DNA from: the human T2T-CHM13v2.0 reference genome, Homo sapiens
Assembly (NCBI RefSeq): GCF_009914755.1
Contig: NC_060931.1
Direction: 5' to 3' (one strand)
Length of the DNA: 64,000 bases
Shown here in pieces: positions 62,428 through 64,000 of the stretch. Positions within the stretch are counted from its first letter, which is position 1. Each line of letters begins with the position of its first letter. The notes under the pieces were generated by a model. It saw only the letters and a program-made list of their open reading frames with translations, had not been told where the DNA came from and did not search any database. The position numbers were made by a program, and so were the translations under genes.

Positions 62428-62818
62428 TGTTTTAAGCTACCTGATTTGCAGGGATTTGTTGCAACAGCCACAGGGACTTCATTCAGTGCTGAGATGTGCC
62501 ACCAAGGGGCATGAGGCTGGAGAACCAGTGGGCAGTAGTGCCGAAGAAGGACAGGGTCAGGCCAGAGGTGGCAGAGATGGAACCAGGACATCTTAGACAG
62601 ACCGGCTTTGACTACATGGCTATGAATTCTGTTCCTGGCTCTCCACAGCCATGTGATGTTAGCCTTAGTCTGTGCCCCAGATCTTTGAAAAGACAACAAC
62701 AATATCTGTTTTTCAGGGTTGTGGTGAGAAAATCAAGAAATGATCAAAAGGAAAATATCTCACATGTAGTAGGTGGTGATTAAGTAGTAATGGATGGAAA
62801 AATAAACTTATTTTAAAA

Positions 62819-63135
62819 GGCCAATGCCCAGTATGGTGGTTAACATCTGTAATCCCAGCATTTTGGGAGGCTGAGGTGGGAGGAGAGGACTGCTTGAAGC
62901 CAGGAGTTCGAGACCAGCCTGAGCCACAAAGCGAGACCCTATCTCTACAAAAAAAAATTCTTTAAAACAATAGTTGTTCATGGTGGTGCATGCCTATTAG
63001 TCAGAGTAGCTGAGACTTCAGCTACTCAGGAGGCTGAGGCAGGAGGATTGCTTGAGGCCAGGAGTTGGAGGCTACAGTGAACTATGATCATGCTACTGTG
63101 CTACAGCGTGGGTGACAGAGCCAGCCAGCCTGAAA
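62819..63135 (+). mobile_element. AluJ
   Basis: Diverged Alu running into a GA-rich tail. Confidence 0.85.
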
Positions 63136-63165
63136 AGAAAGAAGAGAAAGAGAAAGAGAGAAAGG

Positions 63166-63220
<55 letters not shown>

Positions 63221-63540
63221 AGAGAGGGAGGGAGGAAGGAAAGGAGAAAGAGAAAGAGAAAGATGAAAGAAAGAGAGAGAGAGAGAGAAAAGAGAGAGAG
63301 AAGGAAAGAAGAAAAGAAAGAGAGAGAGAAAAGAGAGGAAGAGAGAAAGAGAGAGAGAAGGAAAGAAGAAAAGAAAGAGAGAGAAAAGAGAGGAAGAGAG
63401 AAAGAGAGGGAGAAGGAAAGAAGAAAAAGAGAGAGGGAGGGAGGGAGGAAGGAAGGAAGGAAGGAGGGAAGGAAGGAAGGAAGGAAGGAGGGAAGGAAGG
63501 AAGGAAGGAAGGAAGGTAGGAAGGAGGAAAGGAAGGAAGG
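63133..63540. repeat. (GAAA)n/(GGAA)n purine-rich tract
   Basis: ~400 bp. Confidence 0.95.
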
Positions 63541-63781
63541 GCAGTGGTAGAACCCATTATAGAGAGAGAAGTGGTTTTGTTTGGTAAAACAGTTTGATGC
63601 TTTCTTTGGATGTCACTAGGGAAGATACTTCTTCTTGGTTACCTGTCCCTTTCCCTGCCCCATCCCCTATGACCACCTCATACTCTATATAACGGGTTAG
63701 AACAAAAAACCCAGAAAATTGAACATCTCAGCCCAGTAAGGATAAGGAAGAGGAAATTTAAAGTTCCCATAAATGAAGACG

Positions 63782-64000
63782 TGTTCTGGGTTTGACTGTG
63801 TCCCACAAAAAAAAATACATGTTCAGGGCCTAATGCCCAGTACCTCTGAATACGGTCTGATTGGAAAATAGGGTCTTTTAAGATGAAGTTAATTTCAAAT
63901 GAGCGTGGGCCCTAATTCAGGTGACTAGCTTCCTTATAAGACAAGGGAAATCTGGGCACACAGACACATACAGAGGGAAGTTGTCCAGGTGAAGATAGAG
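63782..64000 (+). mobile_element. MLT1B/C-like LTR, cut by window end
   Basis: TGTGTCCC..AAAA..CCCAGTACCTCTGAAT..GGAAAATAGGGTCTTT. Confidence 0.7.

Overview
Primate (human-like) non-coding genomic DNA, mostly interspersed repeats. It holds about 35 Alus (J, S and Y types), many ERV1/ERVL/MaLR solo LTRs (four MER41, THE1/MST/MLT, MER4-group, LTR8), decayed L1/L2/MIR, DNA transposons (MER1A x2, MER30, MER82, Tigger-type) and large simple repeats. I find no credible protein-coding gene, RNA gene or CRISPR array; the longer ORFs fall in Alus, L1/LTR remnants or low-complexity DNA. Repeat subfamily names are from memory of consensus sequences and need RepeatMasker/Dfam confirmation. The most striking unexplained structure is a cluster of five independent locally templated insertions. 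In each, 40-265 bp copied from 0.4-2.7 kb away is pasted in direct or inverted orientation into an older repeat, with no TSD or poly(A). Several have hairpins, microhomology or (TA)n filler at the junctions: 3172-3280, 9231-9494, 47653-47743, 48477-48627 and 52175-52447. There are also micro-scale fold-back insertions, unusual trimeric Alus, and a few repeat-free, homeodomain-motif-rich islands that look like conserved enhancers.
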